Under the pieces are notes generated by a model. The model was not told where the DNA came from. It was given only the letters and a program-made list of their open reading frames with translations, and made no database searches. From the IMG/VR virus record IMGVR_UViG_3300042861_002315: DNA of 64,000 nucleotides. One strand, written 5' to 3'. This DNA is from an uncultured virus (IMG/VR IMGVR_UViG_3300042861_002315) (Duplodnaviria > Heunggongvirae > Uroviricota > Caudoviricetes). Position 1 is the first letter of the stretch. Each line of letters starts with the position of its first letter. Shown here piece by piece: positions 20,188 through 30,491 of this stretch. Position numbers and translations under genes: made by a program.

Positions 20188-20563
20188 AGAATTGTCCTAG
20201 TTCTGTTTTTTCGTTGAGTAGTGTATTATTCTGTAAAATCAAGTCGGGTTGAAAGCTGTATATTCCTTTATAACCGTAAGATTCATTTCGAGGTTCTTCC
20301 TTCTGATGCACAGACCGTAAGAAGAAGGTTTCTATCTTCCCATCAAATGAGATGACATAGAAAAATAAATCAAATATGTAGTCCAATACGAGTGGACTAC
20401 CGTAGAAACTAGCATAGCATATCTCTATGGTGCTATTCTTTTTGAAGTCACTCTCGATAGTGATGCTGTAAGGAGATGGAAACGTAAAAAAATTGCCATC
20501 AATGCTTTTAACAAAAAGGCTACTGATGGCAAAATATTTAGTTCCGAGGCATTCGATAGCCAT
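20129..20563 (-). CDS. Hypothetical tail-module protein (144 aa)
   Basis: ORF between structural genes. Confidence 0.5.
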   Translation of the reverse strand: MAIECLGTKYFAISSLFVKSIDGNFFTFPSPYSITIESDFKKNSTIEICYASFYGSPLVLDYIFDLFFYVISFDGKIETFFLRSVHQKEEPRNESYGYKGIYSFQPDLILQNNTLLNEKTELGQFYGSLRQIKQTILPDPRGVA

Positions 20564-20572
20564 GTTGTGTTA

Positions 20573-21421
20573 TTAGCCAGTAGGTGCAGCTACACCAGCT
20601 TTGGTGCGATAAGAGTCGAGGTCAGTCTGATATTGTCCGATGTTACTGTAGGTCAGGGTATCGTAGGCAAGACCGTTAAATCCTTCGGTACTTCCTTTAA
20701 CTTCAGAGCCGTCCAAGGTAGCACAAGCAATAGATACAGTCGCCTTAGCATTGACAGCATTATCCAAAGGAAGTACGCGAATTACAGTATAAACTCCATC
20801 AACTGCGCCGCCTTTGATAGTAACGTTACCAGCTACGCCTGTAGTCGCCACTGTGCTATCAAAATCAATCTCGTTGGCATTTGCGGTTGCGGTGGACTTG
20901 CGAACGGCTGTAACGCGAATCTTAGGGGTTACGCTGACACTAGCAACTTTACTTTCGGTTAAGGCTTTGTCAATGTAGATTTTACGAGCTACATAATCAA
21001 TCTTAGTGACAATAGTGTTTGCAGGAATACCAGTCCCCGCAGACGCTACAGTAATAGCATCGCCTGACTTAACACCAAGGTTGGTGCTGTTGTAGTTTTC
21101 GTCGTAGGTGATTTCTTTTAGCCCAGAAGCCAAATAGACGTTGTTGACTGCTACATTGCTTTTGGCAGTTAGAGAGCCAGTTGCAACTGCGGTAATAAAG
21201 TCTCCAACACGCACATTATCAAATGCGCCAGCAACCACAGCTCTTAGCTTAGATTCGGTTGCAATAGGAATAACAGACGCAGTGATATCAGCCTGAGCTA
21301 AAGCGATAGTAATAGGAATGTACTCGGCATCACCAATAGTTTTGACAGGATTAGTGCCAAGGTCGAGAGTTGTGAGAACTTTAGGATTAGCTACACCTAA
21401 AGCGATTTGAATATTTGACAT
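20573..21421 (-). CDS. Virion structural protein (282 aa); candidate major tail or accessory protein
   Basis: Ala/Thr/Val-rich with GTGIPANTIVTKID beta motif; lies between tail-completion and chaperone genes. Confidence 0.55.
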   Translation of the reverse strand: MSNIQIALGVANPKVLTTLDLGTNPVKTIGDAEYIPITIALAQADITASVIPIATESKLRAVVAGAFDNVRVGDFITAVATGSLTAKSNVAVNNVYLASGLKEITYDENYNSTNLGVKSGDAITVASAGTGIPANTIVTKIDYVARKIYIDKALTESKVASVSVTPKIRVTAVRKSTATANANEIDFDSTVATTGVAGNVTIKGGAVDGVYTVIRVLPLDNAVNAKATVSIACATLDGSEVKGSTEGFNGLAYDTLTYSNIGQYQTDLDSYRTKAGVAAPTG

Positions 21422-21469
21422 TTAGTTTTGTTCTTAACGTTAAGATTTACTTTAATTATATCAGTACGC

Positions 21470-21952
21470 CTAATATGCAAAAACAGCACAATTAATCTTG
21501 GCATAATCATACACAAGGTCAGTAGTTGTGGCTGATTCGTACTTAATAGTAATACCTTGTTCTTTGTCAATAGTGAAAGGGATAACGTCATCAACTTCAC
21601 TATTTTGAAGTATGCGACAAATTTCTTTGGCTACATGGAAAGTTAGCCCTGAAGCAGTATCTTTGGCACTGTAGGCTAAAACATAGGCAATTGTAAGGCT
21701 TACTATGTTACCTGCTCCAATAGGGAACAGGAAGGACTCTTCATTGCGAAATATCTTTAGGAGTGGGTAGATATTCGTCCCTAGCGGCAGTTTGTTGGTG
21801 TTGTCTACTGTATAACTCGAAATAGCTTTCTTACCCCCTAGAGCTGTATTAAACGTGATGTTAACTTCATTACGAATATATGCAGCTATAGTTTGGAGGT
21901 CTATGTCAAGAAACTTATAATTTGCAGGGTAGCTGGGGCGTTCAATAAACAT
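21470..21952 (-). CDS. Putative tail terminator/completion protein
   Basis: 160 aa; position and size typical. Confidence 0.5.
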   Translation of the reverse strand: MFIERPSYPANYKFLDIDLQTIAAYIRNEVNITFNTALGGKKAISSYTVDNTNKLPLGTNIYPLLKIFRNEESFLFPIGAGNIVSLTIAYVLAYSAKDTASGLTFHVAKEICRILQNSEVDDVIPFTIDKEQGITIKYESATTTDLVYDYAKINCAVFAY

Positions 21953-21955
21953 TTA

Positions 21956-22660
21956 TTACCAAAAGCTCACAGTATCAGGATTGCGATAGTTGTTAGAGTA
22001 TGGGGTAACATAACGATTACGTCTTGTTTGCACACCATTTTCGATAAAATTACCATCATTAGTGCCTACAATTTCATTAAAGTCGTCAGCACAATAGAAA
22101 CTAGGTTCGACATTTAGGTTCTTTTTAAAAATATCAGTGTCACTCGTACCATCCCCATTAAAATCGTAGCCAATATACTCTTTAAGTACTTCACCTGCTA
22201 AGACAATGTTTCTATTTTGTTGTTGAGAAGCATTTGGGTCGTTTTGAATTGCTTGAAGACCAGCGTTTGCACCTGCAACAAAGATTCCAGTACCAGCGAA
22301 TAGGGATTGTAAACGGTCTAAGCCTCGTTGTAAAGTTATTTGACTGAATCCATCATTATTAGCTTCGCCATCGGTTTGACGAGGAAATTTGAAGTCAATG
22401 ATTTTGGCAATAGAAATGTCTTCTGCAATCATCTTTAGATAATTAATTGTAGAAGGTTCAGTAAGCTTTAAAGGAAACTCATAAATCATTTGAAGATAGG
22501 TATCCATATCCCCTAATTCCACTTCATCTACAAGCATTTCAACAGTAGCTTCGTCAATCTCTTGAGTAGCAATACCAGTGATGCCTGATGTCTCTTGTTC
22601 AACTACTTCTAATCGACCTTTAAGCTTACGTGTTAGGGATTGAATGTTTGCGTATTTCAT
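21956..22660 (-). CDS. Putative head-tail adaptor (Mu gp36-like)
   Basis: MKYANIQSL...MDTYLQMIYEFPL...LKMIAEDISI pattern of head-completion proteins; position after capsid. Confidence 0.55.
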   Translation of the reverse strand: MKYANIQSLTRKLKGRLEVVEQETSGITGIATQEIDEATVEMLVDEVELGDMDTYLQMIYEFPLKLTEPSTINYLKMIAEDISIAKIIDFKFPRQTDGEANNDGFSQITLQRGLDRLQSLFAGTGIFVAGANAGLQAIQNDPNASQQQNRNIVLAGEVLKEYIGYDFNGDGTSDTDIFKKNLNVEPSFYCADDFNEIVGTNDGNFIENGVQTRRNRYVTPYSNNYRNPDTVSFW

Positions 22661-22663
22661 AAT

Positions 22664-23191
22664 TTACCCGTAAAGTAATTTTCCAACATAAGGTAGATAG
22701 CCTTGACGAATAGCAGACTTACCTTCGCGGAATGTATCTAGTTTGGCACGATAGTTGGCTCGGTTGTTCGCACTTTCACGGATTTTGTTTTTGGCTTCTA
22801 CTTCCTGTTGCCTGTGAATTGCTTCGTTAATTTGTTGGTCAGTCATTTCGGCTAGTTCATCGTCGGGAATGTCGTCGATGCTGTAGTATCGTTGGCGACC
22901 AGTTAAATTTAGGAACTCGGCTACTCGCTGGCGCTCGTTGGCAGAAAAAAGAAGTGAGGGCTTGTCTGAGCTGAAGTTAGCTAGGTTAGTGTTCATAAAT
23001 GCGAATGTCATGTTCTTGCCCATACCTGCTGAGATTACACCTTTGCGGCGCTTTACTACTGGTGCTGTGAAACCGCCACTTTTTTTGTTGGTTGCGCCCA
23101 TACGAGCTTGGGGCAAACGTTCACCGAACATCGGTTTCATTGCCCCTTGTTTCATCTTGGGTAGGTTTGGCGCTTTAAGCTGATTTTCCAT
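22664..23191 (-). CDS. Hypothetical protein with internal ANF/AEF motifs
   Basis: 175 aa containing MNTNLANF and QRVAEF. Confidence 0.6.
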   Translation of the reverse strand: MENQLKAPNLPKMKQGAMKPMFGERLPQARMGATNKKSGGFTAPVVKRRKGVISAGMGKNMTFAFMNTNLANFSSDKPSLLFSANERQRVAEFLNLTGRQRYYSIDDIPDDELAEMTDQQINEAIHRQQEVEAKNKIRESANNRANYRAKLDTFREGKSAIRQGYLPYVGKLLYG

Positions 23192-23702
23192 TTGTGGTTT
23201 CTGCGGTGTAGCCGAATGTCTTGAGTCCTTCGTATACTAGACCATGAGTGGGGTCGGGCAGTTCAAAGTCGATAACGGCGATGTCTTCCCATTTCTTGCT
23301 CTTGAGTGGAGCGATGCGGTCTAGTTGTGAATATGATTCAATTTTAGCATCTTTACGAGCTTCGGTGATTTTTTGGGTCGCTACTTTGCCGACGAACTTG
23401 AGAGCTTCGATTTCGGAAGGTTCGCAAGAGTTGATTTTCAACTTTTTGACGCTGACAATGACGGGGATATTTTGGAAACTAACGTCATTGCTTGCGATGA
23501 AGTTGATGTCGGGAGCTGCGGTTGTGGGTTGGATATTTTGAAAGTCCGAAGCATTAACTAGGATTGCAGTCGATTTGGCTCTGGCTTCTACAATATCGAT
23601 TTCGGTTTCATTATAAATACCTTCAGGAACTAAAAATCCGCTAGAGTTCAGATAAGCAGGAAAAATACGATATTTACGTGGAGGTGCTGGGTTAATTGCC
23701 AT
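23175..23702 (-). CDS. Helix-hairpin-helix (ComEA-like) domain protein
   Basis: Likely start MAINPAPP at 23702; KLKINSCEPSEIEALKFVGKVATQKITEAR...ESYSQLDRI matches the HhH pattern. Confidence 0.7.
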   Translation of the reverse strand: MAINPAPPRKYRIFPAYLNSSGFLVPEGIYNETEIDIVEARAKSTAILVNASDFQNIQPTTAAPDINFIASNDVSFQNIPVIVSVKKLKINSCEPSEIEALKFVGKVATQKITEARKDAKIESYSQLDRIAPLKSKKWEDIAVIDFELPDPTHGLVYEGLKTFGYTAETTNGKSA

Positions 23703-23724
23703 AGTTGTATAAGTGTAGATGTAT

Positions 23725-24954
23725 TTATGATAGCAGAGATTGTTTGCCTTGCTCTCTAGCTTTAACTGCATCTTCAAGAGTATCATGGCTACCAAAATGA
23801 AATCGTTGTTTACCGATAACAACAGATGCACGATACTTTTTACCGCGCTTTATTATTCCAATCGGCAAAGTTGAAGGTTGTTTTGGTTCTTTGTAAAATA
23901 AATGTGCAAAAGTTTGGTCATTTTCGTAGTAGTATTTTTCAGCTTTAATTCTATGTTCTCTTGCTTCCTCTTCAGTTGCAAATGTTTTCAATGTTTTAGT
24001 TCTACCATTTACCCGAATAGTAGCAGTGTAACCGCCCTTCTTGTTTTCTACTACGCCAACACCGCAAAAATTGTGCTTTTGCAAACTAGTTTTTCTCAAG
24101 GCAATCAATTCAGGCTCCAAAGATAAGTCTCCACCCCAATAGAATTTCTCTGCTAGGTTCCTGACTTTATTAGCAACATCTTCTAATTCGTACACACCCA
24201 GAGAAATATTTTTACCTCCTGAAGTAATTCTTACCCTGTAAAAACCTTCTGAATTGAGTGAAACACCTCCTCCTTTTTCATGTGCAGCGTCAGTCAAAGT
24301 CCTAGCTAACTTTTGCAATTCTTTTAGCTCAGCTTCGGCTGAAGCATTGCTATACCAATAGAACTCTTCTGCAAGATATTTTACTCTTCTGGCAACTTCC
24401 TCGTCTTTAAATGTACCTAAAGACATATTAGATTTAGTTTCTAACATCCTAATTAAAACTTGCCAAAAGCCTCCTTTAGTTTTATACACGTTAGAACCTC
24501 TAACACGTTTAGCTTCCGCCATTTCTTTTAATGATTCTTCTGAATGGGTTTTACCGTAAAAAGAATTAAGCTCCCCTAAAGAACTTTCAACTTTGAGTTT
24601 ACGTTTTTCGACTTCATCAGAATGTATTTTCCCAGCCGTTTTAGTGTAGCGAGTTTGATTGTAACTCATTCTCCAATTTGTAATAGCATCCAGATATTCT
24701 TGCTCCTTATCTAAAAGCCCATCTTTTGTTAATCCTGTGCAGTCCTCAAGCATTTCGATTTGAAAAACTGACTCTCCATGCAAATTATACACAGATTGTA
24801 AATGACAATTGTTGTGAGCGTTTCTAGATAATCTAGAGAAATGTTCCCTAAGTCTTGTGCGAATATTTTTGCTACTCCCGATATAGAAAAGTCTTGATTC
24901 AATATTAGAGATTTTATATATTCCTTGGACTCTAGGCACTGACTTAAAATTCAT
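23725..24954 (-). CDS. Free-standing GIY-YIG homing endonuclease with NUMOD3-like and AP2-like DNA-binding repeats
   Basis: GIYKI...FYIGSS.NIRTRLREH; NSFYGKTHSEESLKEM; repeated ...LGTF..EE.A...R..AE. Confidence 0.9.
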   Translation of the reverse strand: MNFKSVPRVQGIYKISNIESRLFYIGSSKNIRTRLREHFSRLSRNAHNNCHLQSVYNLHGESVFQIEMLEDCTGLTKDGLLDKEQEYLDAITNWRMSYNQTRYTKTAGKIHSDEVEKRKLKVESSLGELNSFYGKTHSEESLKEMAEAKRVRGSNVYKTKGGFWQVLIRMLETKSNMSLGTFKDEEVARRVKYLAEEFYWYSNASAEAELKELQKLARTLTDAAHEKGGGVSLNSEGFYRVRITSGGKNISLGVYELEDVANKVRNLAEKFYWGGDLSLEPELIALRKTSLQKHNFCGVGVVENKKGGYTATIRVNGRTKTLKTFATEEEAREHRIKAEKYYYENDQTFAHLFYKEPKQPSTLPIGIIKRGKKYRASVVIGKQRFHFGSHDTLEDAVKAREQGKQSLLS

Positions 24955-24985
24955 AATTCTTTACTGGTTAATCTGGAAATTAAAA

Positions 24986-25034
24986 AAGTGGCAGGACTCC
25001 AGAAGTCTGTTCGTATTGCAATTACTAGCCACTT
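24986..25034 (-). ncRNA. Structured 5' leader (three-way junction) upstream of endonuclease
   Basis: AAGTGGC...GCCACTT closing stem with internal GACTT-CTG-GAGTC hairpin. Confidence 0.45.
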
Positions 25035-25046
25035 ATCTATAATAAC

Positions 25047-25082
25047 AAAAACCCCTCAACCAACAATCTGTCGGAAGAGGGA
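25047..25082 (-). terminator. Intrinsic terminator after major capsid gene
   Basis: Minus strand CCCTC-TT-CCGACA...TGTTGG-TT-GAGGGG followed by a T-tract. Confidence 0.65.
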
Positions 25083-25109
25083 TTTAATTTTTAGTTACTT
25101 CAACTAAAA

Positions 25110-26345
25110 TTAGGAAATAACAGTTTGACCGCGAGAACTATCAAAAGTCAAAAAGTCTGCAAGAGAAATAGACGACGCAATATTCACATTTTTAGCGACC
25201 TTCCTAGCCATTCCGCATTTTGCAATGGTTGGGGCAGCTATGAGTTGCATCGAAACTGACTCGCTGATATCTAAAATTGGGGTCTTCTGCCATGTGCGCT
25301 GAAAAATCCCACTACGCTGATTGTTCTCAATAGTTCCACCCAAGATACGATTGTACTGACCTTGACGGCTCAAGAACACAACAGTACCTTCGTCTAACAA
25401 GCGAGTAGGAGCCGACTGACCATTTGCGTCTGAAAGCTCTACTTGTCCATCTTCTAGAACAAACTTAGGCAAGAAACGACGACTCATTACTTCGTTGATT
25501 TGGTCAATCGAAGGAGTACCAGTGATAACATTACCAAGAACGTTAGCAGCAACTACAGCTTCCTTCACAGACTTACAACGAGCGATGTTCAGGAGCAAGC
25601 GCTCAGAAATTGCAATTTCGTCAGCAGGGAAACCATTGGTGTACTTGTACTGAGTGTGCATATCTGCAAGGTCTTGCAGAGGGTCTGCTGTCTCATGTTG
25701 AGTCCAGTCTCTCTTCAGAGAATCAGCAGTCTCAGTCCCGTTAAAATCAGTTTGATAGATTGGGAAGGGGAAGTGGTTGGCGCGGATGCCGATTGCTTTT
25801 GTCCAGTCAAGGTCTGCTTTCAAACCTGTACGTTGGTCAGTGTACTGCATCTTACCAGTCTGCAATGTCTGCCAAGCCAAATAGTCAATCAAGTTGATAT
25901 GACCGCGAACAAGAGAGGCGAGAGTACCAAAGATATTCTTGGCAAGTTCGTTATCTTGACCCAACTGTACCTTACCTTCCGAAACTTGAATATTCTGAAT
26001 GGTAATGCCACGAATCTTAGCAAGTTCAGAAACTTCAGCCATACGCCATTGAGTGTCTTCATCCCAGTGATAAGCAATCGCAGCTTTGTAGTTACGAGCT
26101 TGAATTTTGGAGAAGTCGCCTTTTTTGGCTTCAGGGTAGTCCTGACCAGTTGCAACAAGAGATGCAATGGGGTCAACGGTTGTCGAGATGTAAGCAAGCC
26201 AGTCACGACCAGTCTTCTCGATTAGAGGAACGTAAGTATTGAGAACCTTGGAGCGTTCCTTCAACTGACGGAGAGTGTTGTTTACAACGAGGTCGGCAGC
26301 TTTAGCAGCGCGTCCTTCTTTTAAGAAATTTTCAATATATGCCAT
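25110..26345 (-). CDS. Major capsid protein (HK97 fold, lambda gpE-like)
   Basis: 411 aa; LAWQTLQTGK and ADPLQDLADM motifs typical of the major capsid E family; follows scaffold and decoration genes. Confidence 0.85.
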   Translation of the reverse strand: MAYIENFLKEGRAAKAADLVVNNTLRQLKERSKVLNTYVPLIEKTGRDWLAYISTTVDPIASLVATGQDYPEAKKGDFSKIQARNYKAAIAYHWDEDTQWRMAEVSELAKIRGITIQNIQVSEGKVQLGQDNELAKNIFGTLASLVRGHINLIDYLAWQTLQTGKMQYTDQRTGLKADLDWTKAIGIRANHFPFPIYQTDFNGTETADSLKRDWTQHETADPLQDLADMHTQYKYTNGFPADEIAISERLLLNIARCKSVKEAVVAANVLGNVITGTPSIDQINEVMSRRFLPKFVLEDGQVELSDANGQSAPTRLLDEGTVVFLSRQGQYNRILGGTIENNQRSGIFQRTWQKTPILDISESVSMQLIAAPTIAKCGMARKVAKNVNIASSISLADFLTFDSSRGQTVIS

Positions 26346-26362
26346 TTTTTGTATGTTCTCCG

Positions 26363-27271
26363 TTATTTGTTGAAGTATGGTTTAATGTGCAAGTGCAGAC
26401 CAAACAAACGCTTCAGTTGACGGTCAATGTAGGGCAAGTTATTTTGGTAAATACCTGCAATCTCAGAGATTACGGCAAAGTGACGGACAGGCTCACCAGT
26501 TAGGTCTACAGGGTCAGGATACAAACCAAGAACTTCTTCAACGTTAATACCAACAATAGAGTTGATAGGCAGAGCTTGAGCAGCGTTAGCAGCCAAAGTC
26601 ACCGAACGAACACCAGTGGTAGCATTTTCAGCACCGATTGCGAGAATCGTACCCAGAGGAGTGAGGTTATCGCCTAAGTAACCAGCTTCAGTAGTTTCGA
26701 CAACAACTTGACCAGCAGCACCAGAGGTAGTGAAGTACACATCATAGCTATCATTAGCGTAGATAGTAGCTACAGCAGTGGAACCAACTTGAGCGAAGGT
26801 AATACCAGCAGCCAACAGAGCAGCAGCGTTAGCGGTCGCAAAATCAGCAGCAGCGCCAGCACCAGTCTGAGTAGCACCTACAGTCGCAGAGTAAGTCACA
26901 CCGCCAATCTTGGCAGTAATAACATCACCAGTTGCAAAAGTACCAACAAACTTGATTCGAGCGAAACAATGCTTTGCGTACAGTACATCACCAACCTTGA
27001 ATTGAGAACAAGGAGTCTTCAATGAGATGGTGGGAGAGTTAGTAGCGGTCGCAGCGTTTAAGCGAGTGCGAGGGAGAAAACGGGCAACTCTTTCGCCAGA
27101 AGTGCCAGTAGTAGCGATAAATGAACCTTCAGGAGCCACTGCCTTACCTTCTGCATTGAGAAGAATATCAGCGCTCTTAATTTCAACACCATCAATTGCA
27201 ACTTTCTTAGCTGCGGCGTTGAAGATAATAGCTCTACCGTTGCGGGTAATTGTTTGAGTTGTTAAATACAT
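26363..27271 (-). CDS. Head decoration protein with inserted domain
   Basis: Directly upstream of capsid; GKAVAPEGSFIA and IYQNNLPY pattern; Ala/Thr rich. Confidence 0.7.
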   Translation of the reverse strand: MYLTTQTITRNGRAIIFNAAAKKVAIDGVEIKSADILLNAEGKAVAPEGSFIATTGTSGERVARFLPRTRLNAATATNSPTISLKTPCSQFKVGDVLYAKHCFARIKFVGTFATGDVITAKIGGVTYSATVGATQTGAGAAADFATANAAALLAAGITFAQVGSTAVATIYANDSYDVYFTTSGAAGQVVVETTEAGYLGDNLTPLGTILAIGAENATTGVRSVTLAANAAQALPINSIVGINVEEVLGLYPDPVDLTGEPVRHFAVISEIAGIYQNNLPYIDRQLKRLFGLHLHIKPYFNK

Positions 27272-27286
27272 TGTGTTTTTTGCTCC

Positions 27287-28156
27287 TTATAGTCCGAAAT
27301 CCAGACCCATAGCAATCAAGTCGCCCTTAGCAGCTTCTTCAAGGCTAGATGAGAAATTAGCAGTTGCAACTTCTTCAGCGCTAACAGAGAAGTCGGTGAA
27401 CTGAGTCACATTGGCAACATTACGAAGCAAGCTGTAAGCAAACTCCGACATATTGAGTTGTTCTTGTAAGTCACGCGCACCATTGGTTTGAGCGATACCA
27501 GTAAATTGAGCTACTCGTTGGCGAGGGTCAGAGAAGTTACCGATAAGAGCTTCCTTCATTGCAGGGGTGATAATACCATCTACAACGTCTTGGCTAATAC
27601 GAGCGTTCAAGTCAGTCAAAGCTTGAGAAAGGTTAGCTTGGAACTGAGCTTGGGCAAAGTTAGCGTGTAGAGTTTCATTTTCTGCACGTACTCGTTGAAT
27701 TTCATCGGCAACTGCACGATTAAAGTTAGCTTGGATTGCGGGATTATATGCCGCAGCGTAATTAGCAGCTTCTTCAGTCATAGGGTCTTCTGCGCCTCCT
27801 TCAGCGCCTTCATTTTCGTATTGTGCTTCTAGAGCTTCGCGGTCAGCTTCTTCAACTCCGCTTGCAACTTCGATAATAGTTTGAATATCTTCGTCGTTAG
27901 CGTCAGGGAAAGCTCCAATCATTGCTTCGAGAATGTCAGCATCATCAACGATATTTTCACCGCTAATGTAGCCAGTTACGTCTTCTTCGCTCAAACCAGT
28001 AGCTTGAACGAGAGCCTGTACACCAGCATCAATGTCGCCTTCATATTGGGCTTCAATTAAGTCTAGAAGTAATTCGCCAAAAGCATTGGTAGGATTGAGT
28101 TCGGTCGCTCCTTCCATACCAGCGCCCTGAGCGCCTAAATCTTGTTCTTCATCCAT
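27287..28156 (-). CDS. Capsid scaffolding protein
   Basis: Acidic, helical, upstream of decoration/capsid; many A-x-F motifs. Confidence 0.7.
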   Translation of the reverse strand: MDEEQDLGAQGAGMEGATELNPTNAFGELLLDLIEAQYEGDIDAGVQALVQATGLSEEDVTGYISGENIVDDADILEAMIGAFPDANDEDIQTIIEVASGVEEADREALEAQYENEGAEGGAEDPMTEEAANYAAAYNPAIQANFNRAVADEIQRVRAENETLHANFAQAQFQANLSQALTDLNARISQDVVDGIITPAMKEALIGNFSDPRQRVAQFTGIAQTNGARDLQEQLNMSEFAYSLLRNVANVTQFTDFSVSAEEVATANFSSSLEEAAKGDLIAMGLDFGL

Positions 28157-28186
28157 TTTTATTATTTTCGTTTTTAGGATTACAAC

Positions 28187-28222
28187 AATAATGCCACACT
28201 AATTTCTCAGCATGGCATTATT
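28187..28222. terminator. Intergenic inverted repeat (terminator or processing hairpin)
   Basis: AATAATGCCA...TGGCATTATT perfect 10-bp arms. Confidence 0.5.
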
Positions 28223-28259
28223 TATGGCTTTTTCCCGTAACTGACGTAATGACTGACTA

Positions 28260-30491
28260 TTATTGAGTTTTATACTGCTCTTCTTCGAGGACTTTAGGTT
28301 TACGACTTGCTAACGCACCTAGAGCTAACAACCCACCTCCAGCGAGTAGCCCAGTACCAATAGCGGCGCGGTCAGCACCTTCGTTAGTATGTAAATAATC
28401 ACCAATACCTTGTAGTGAGTTTGCCTTAGCTACTTTAGCTTTTGCCCCTTGAGCGTTAGGCAGGATACTTAAAGCTCGGTTTAATAGCCCTCCAGCTACT
28501 CCACCTCTAGCATTACTGGCAGCATTTTTAAAAGTGTTACCAAGAGGGTCAGCAATGTATCTTCCTACTTGCGTCAGTAAGCTAGGAGCGCTAATTGCAT
28601 CACCAATTCTTCTTCCAATACCAAATTCAGCCTCAGACTTCAATCCACGTTGTTGAAATACAGCAGACTTACGAACCGACTTACTAAAATACTTGCCAGT
28701 AGGTTTGCCAGATTCAATCATTGAGTTGATTTCTTTAACTCCCATACTTGCAGGAACTTTAGGCTCTCTCAACTTCTTTTTCTGCACCTTACCGCGTAAG
28801 GTAGCTTCGAGGCTGACAACTCCAGTATTATCTTGAGGGATATATGTGCTACCTTTTTGGATTAGGCGTTGAATTGTAGCTGGGTCTTGGAAATTGGCTG
28901 ATTTTCTCATTGTTTTGTTGTATAGTCCTAGTTTACGACGAGTACCGACATACCCACGATACAAATCTCGCTGTAACTCTGGGTCTGCAATATCCCTATT
29001 TAAAAAATTGTAAGCTCTTTTTAATGGGCTTTCTTGCTTTACCTTTCGGTTTGCAATGTAAGACTCCCATTTATCATTGTTTGCAGCATCTATATCATCG
29101 ATAGAGACGGTAGGTTTTTGATTTACTTCTGAATTTACGGTTGCAGTTTTTGGTTCTTTTAAAGATTCAGCTTGTTTAAGTGCTTCTTCTGCATCTTTAG
29201 ACAACTTTGCACCATTGACGGAAGTATTACTGTTGATTCCCTTGAACCTATTATACCCGTACCCAGCCGCAGCACCTAGTCCACCACCAATTGCAGTCTT
29301 ACCTACAATCTTTCCAAGGCGACCGCCAATGTCCGTATTCTCACGCTCTCTATCTGACTCGCCAATCCCAAGCCCAGAAGCTAAACCAAGCCCAGCACCG
29401 ATTTTAGCGCCAAGATTGACGTTAGGATGTAGATTTAAGTTAGGTAATGCAAAGCTAGCACTCTTTCTAATTTGTTTGTTCATATTTGTAGTTATAGGTT
29501 GTGCTTGTGGTTGTGGTCGGTCGCCAAATAGATGACCAGCAGTTCTACTACCCACGTATCCGATGCCAGCACCAATACCAGCACGAATAGCAGAAGACTT
29601 TAACATACTACCAGCGCGACCAAGTTTGGAGTTAAGGGAGTCGTAATCGCGTAGTCTGTTGGCACGTTCTTCAGGGTCAGAAATATATTCAATTTCTTTT
29701 CTACCCTCCCAATATTTCTTGTCTGCATCTTGATATCCAGACAAAGCACCAGCAGCAGCACCTGTTTTAGCCAGCAAGCCGTGAATAGGATTAGCAAAAT
29801 CTGCTCGACTAAATCCAGAGGTAGTTAAACCCTCTCTACCTATAGAGGATAAATTATTTGGCGCTCTAGATAGGGCTAAAGACTTATAGTAATCTAAATC
29901 TTCTCTAGAATTATGCAAAGACTCTAGCAAACCGTAAGTACCAACACCGACACCAGCAGATACACCTCCAATTGCAAGACCTTTTTTGAAATCTCTTTTT
30001 TGGGATGGAGTCAACTTTTCCCAGTCTTCTTTCGAGATACCAAAATTTGCCTTACTGTAATTACTTAGGTATCCGCCAATAAACTCTTCTTTGGCAGCGT
30101 CCCCCAATGAAGGGCTATATTTTTGTGCGACATCAGCGCCACGATTCAACAAACCCTTGCTAATACCATAACCAGCAGCAGCCCCTAAGCCTCCGAGAGC
30201 AACTTTACCACCAACATCTCCTGCGTTACGTTTTGCTTCTAGTTGCCAGCGCCTATCATCATAATCACGACGAAGTTTTGTAAGTGTGGCAGTTCTTTCT
30301 GTTGGGTCTTGAATAGCCGAAGCTTCTCGAATATTATTTTGGTAATCTAAATCTGTGGACATACCATCATATTTAGCGTCACGGTCAAGTTTACGCTTAA
30401 GAAGACCTTCCCCAGCTTTCACTGTAAGATAACCTCCCCCAATAGCTCCACCTGCGCCTAAAGCGTCTTCAAAAGCGTTAAAGTTAGCCAC
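28260..30491 (-). CDS. Modular glycine-zipper polyprotein punctuated by A-x-F motifs (743 aa); putative internal head protein
   Basis: MANF, KANF, RADF, KSASF, KSANF, KSAVF and EAEF separate segments, most with Gly/Ala-rich hydrophobic helices. Confidence 0.65.
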   Translation of the reverse strand: MANFNAFEDALGAGGAIGGGYLTVKAGEGLLKRKLDRDAKYDGMSTDLDYQNNIREASAIQDPTERTATLTKLRRDYDDRRWQLEAKRNAGDVGGKVALGGLGAAAGYGISKGLLNRGADVAQKYSPSLGDAAKEEFIGGYLSNYSKANFGISKEDWEKLTPSQKRDFKKGLAIGGVSAGVGVGTYGLLESLHNSREDLDYYKSLALSRAPNNLSSIGREGLTTSGFSRADFANPIHGLLAKTGAAAGALSGYQDADKKYWEGRKEIEYISDPEERANRLRDYDSLNSKLGRAGSMLKSSAIRAGIGAGIGYVGSRTAGHLFGDRPQPQAQPITTNMNKQIRKSASFALPNLNLHPNVNLGAKIGAGLGLASGLGIGESDRERENTDIGGRLGKIVGKTAIGGGLGAAAGYGYNRFKGINSNTSVNGAKLSKDAEEALKQAESLKEPKTATVNSEVNQKPTVSIDDIDAANNDKWESYIANRKVKQESPLKRAYNFLNRDIADPELQRDLYRGYVGTRRKLGLYNKTMRKSANFQDPATIQRLIQKGSTYIPQDNTGVVSLEATLRGKVQKKKLREPKVPASMGVKEINSMIESGKPTGKYFSKSVRKSAVFQQRGLKSEAEFGIGRRIGDAISAPSLLTQVGRYIADPLGNTFKNAASNARGGVAGGLLNRALSILPNAQGAKAKVAKANSLQGIGDYLHTNEGADRAAIGTGLLAGGGLLALGALASRKPKVLEEEQYKTQ

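Noticed and set aside
23725..25110. Group I intron in the capsid gene carrying the GIY-YIG ORF
   Set aside because: The capsid ORF is full length and followed by a terminator; no intron core or downstream exon was seen, so the endonuclease appears free-standing
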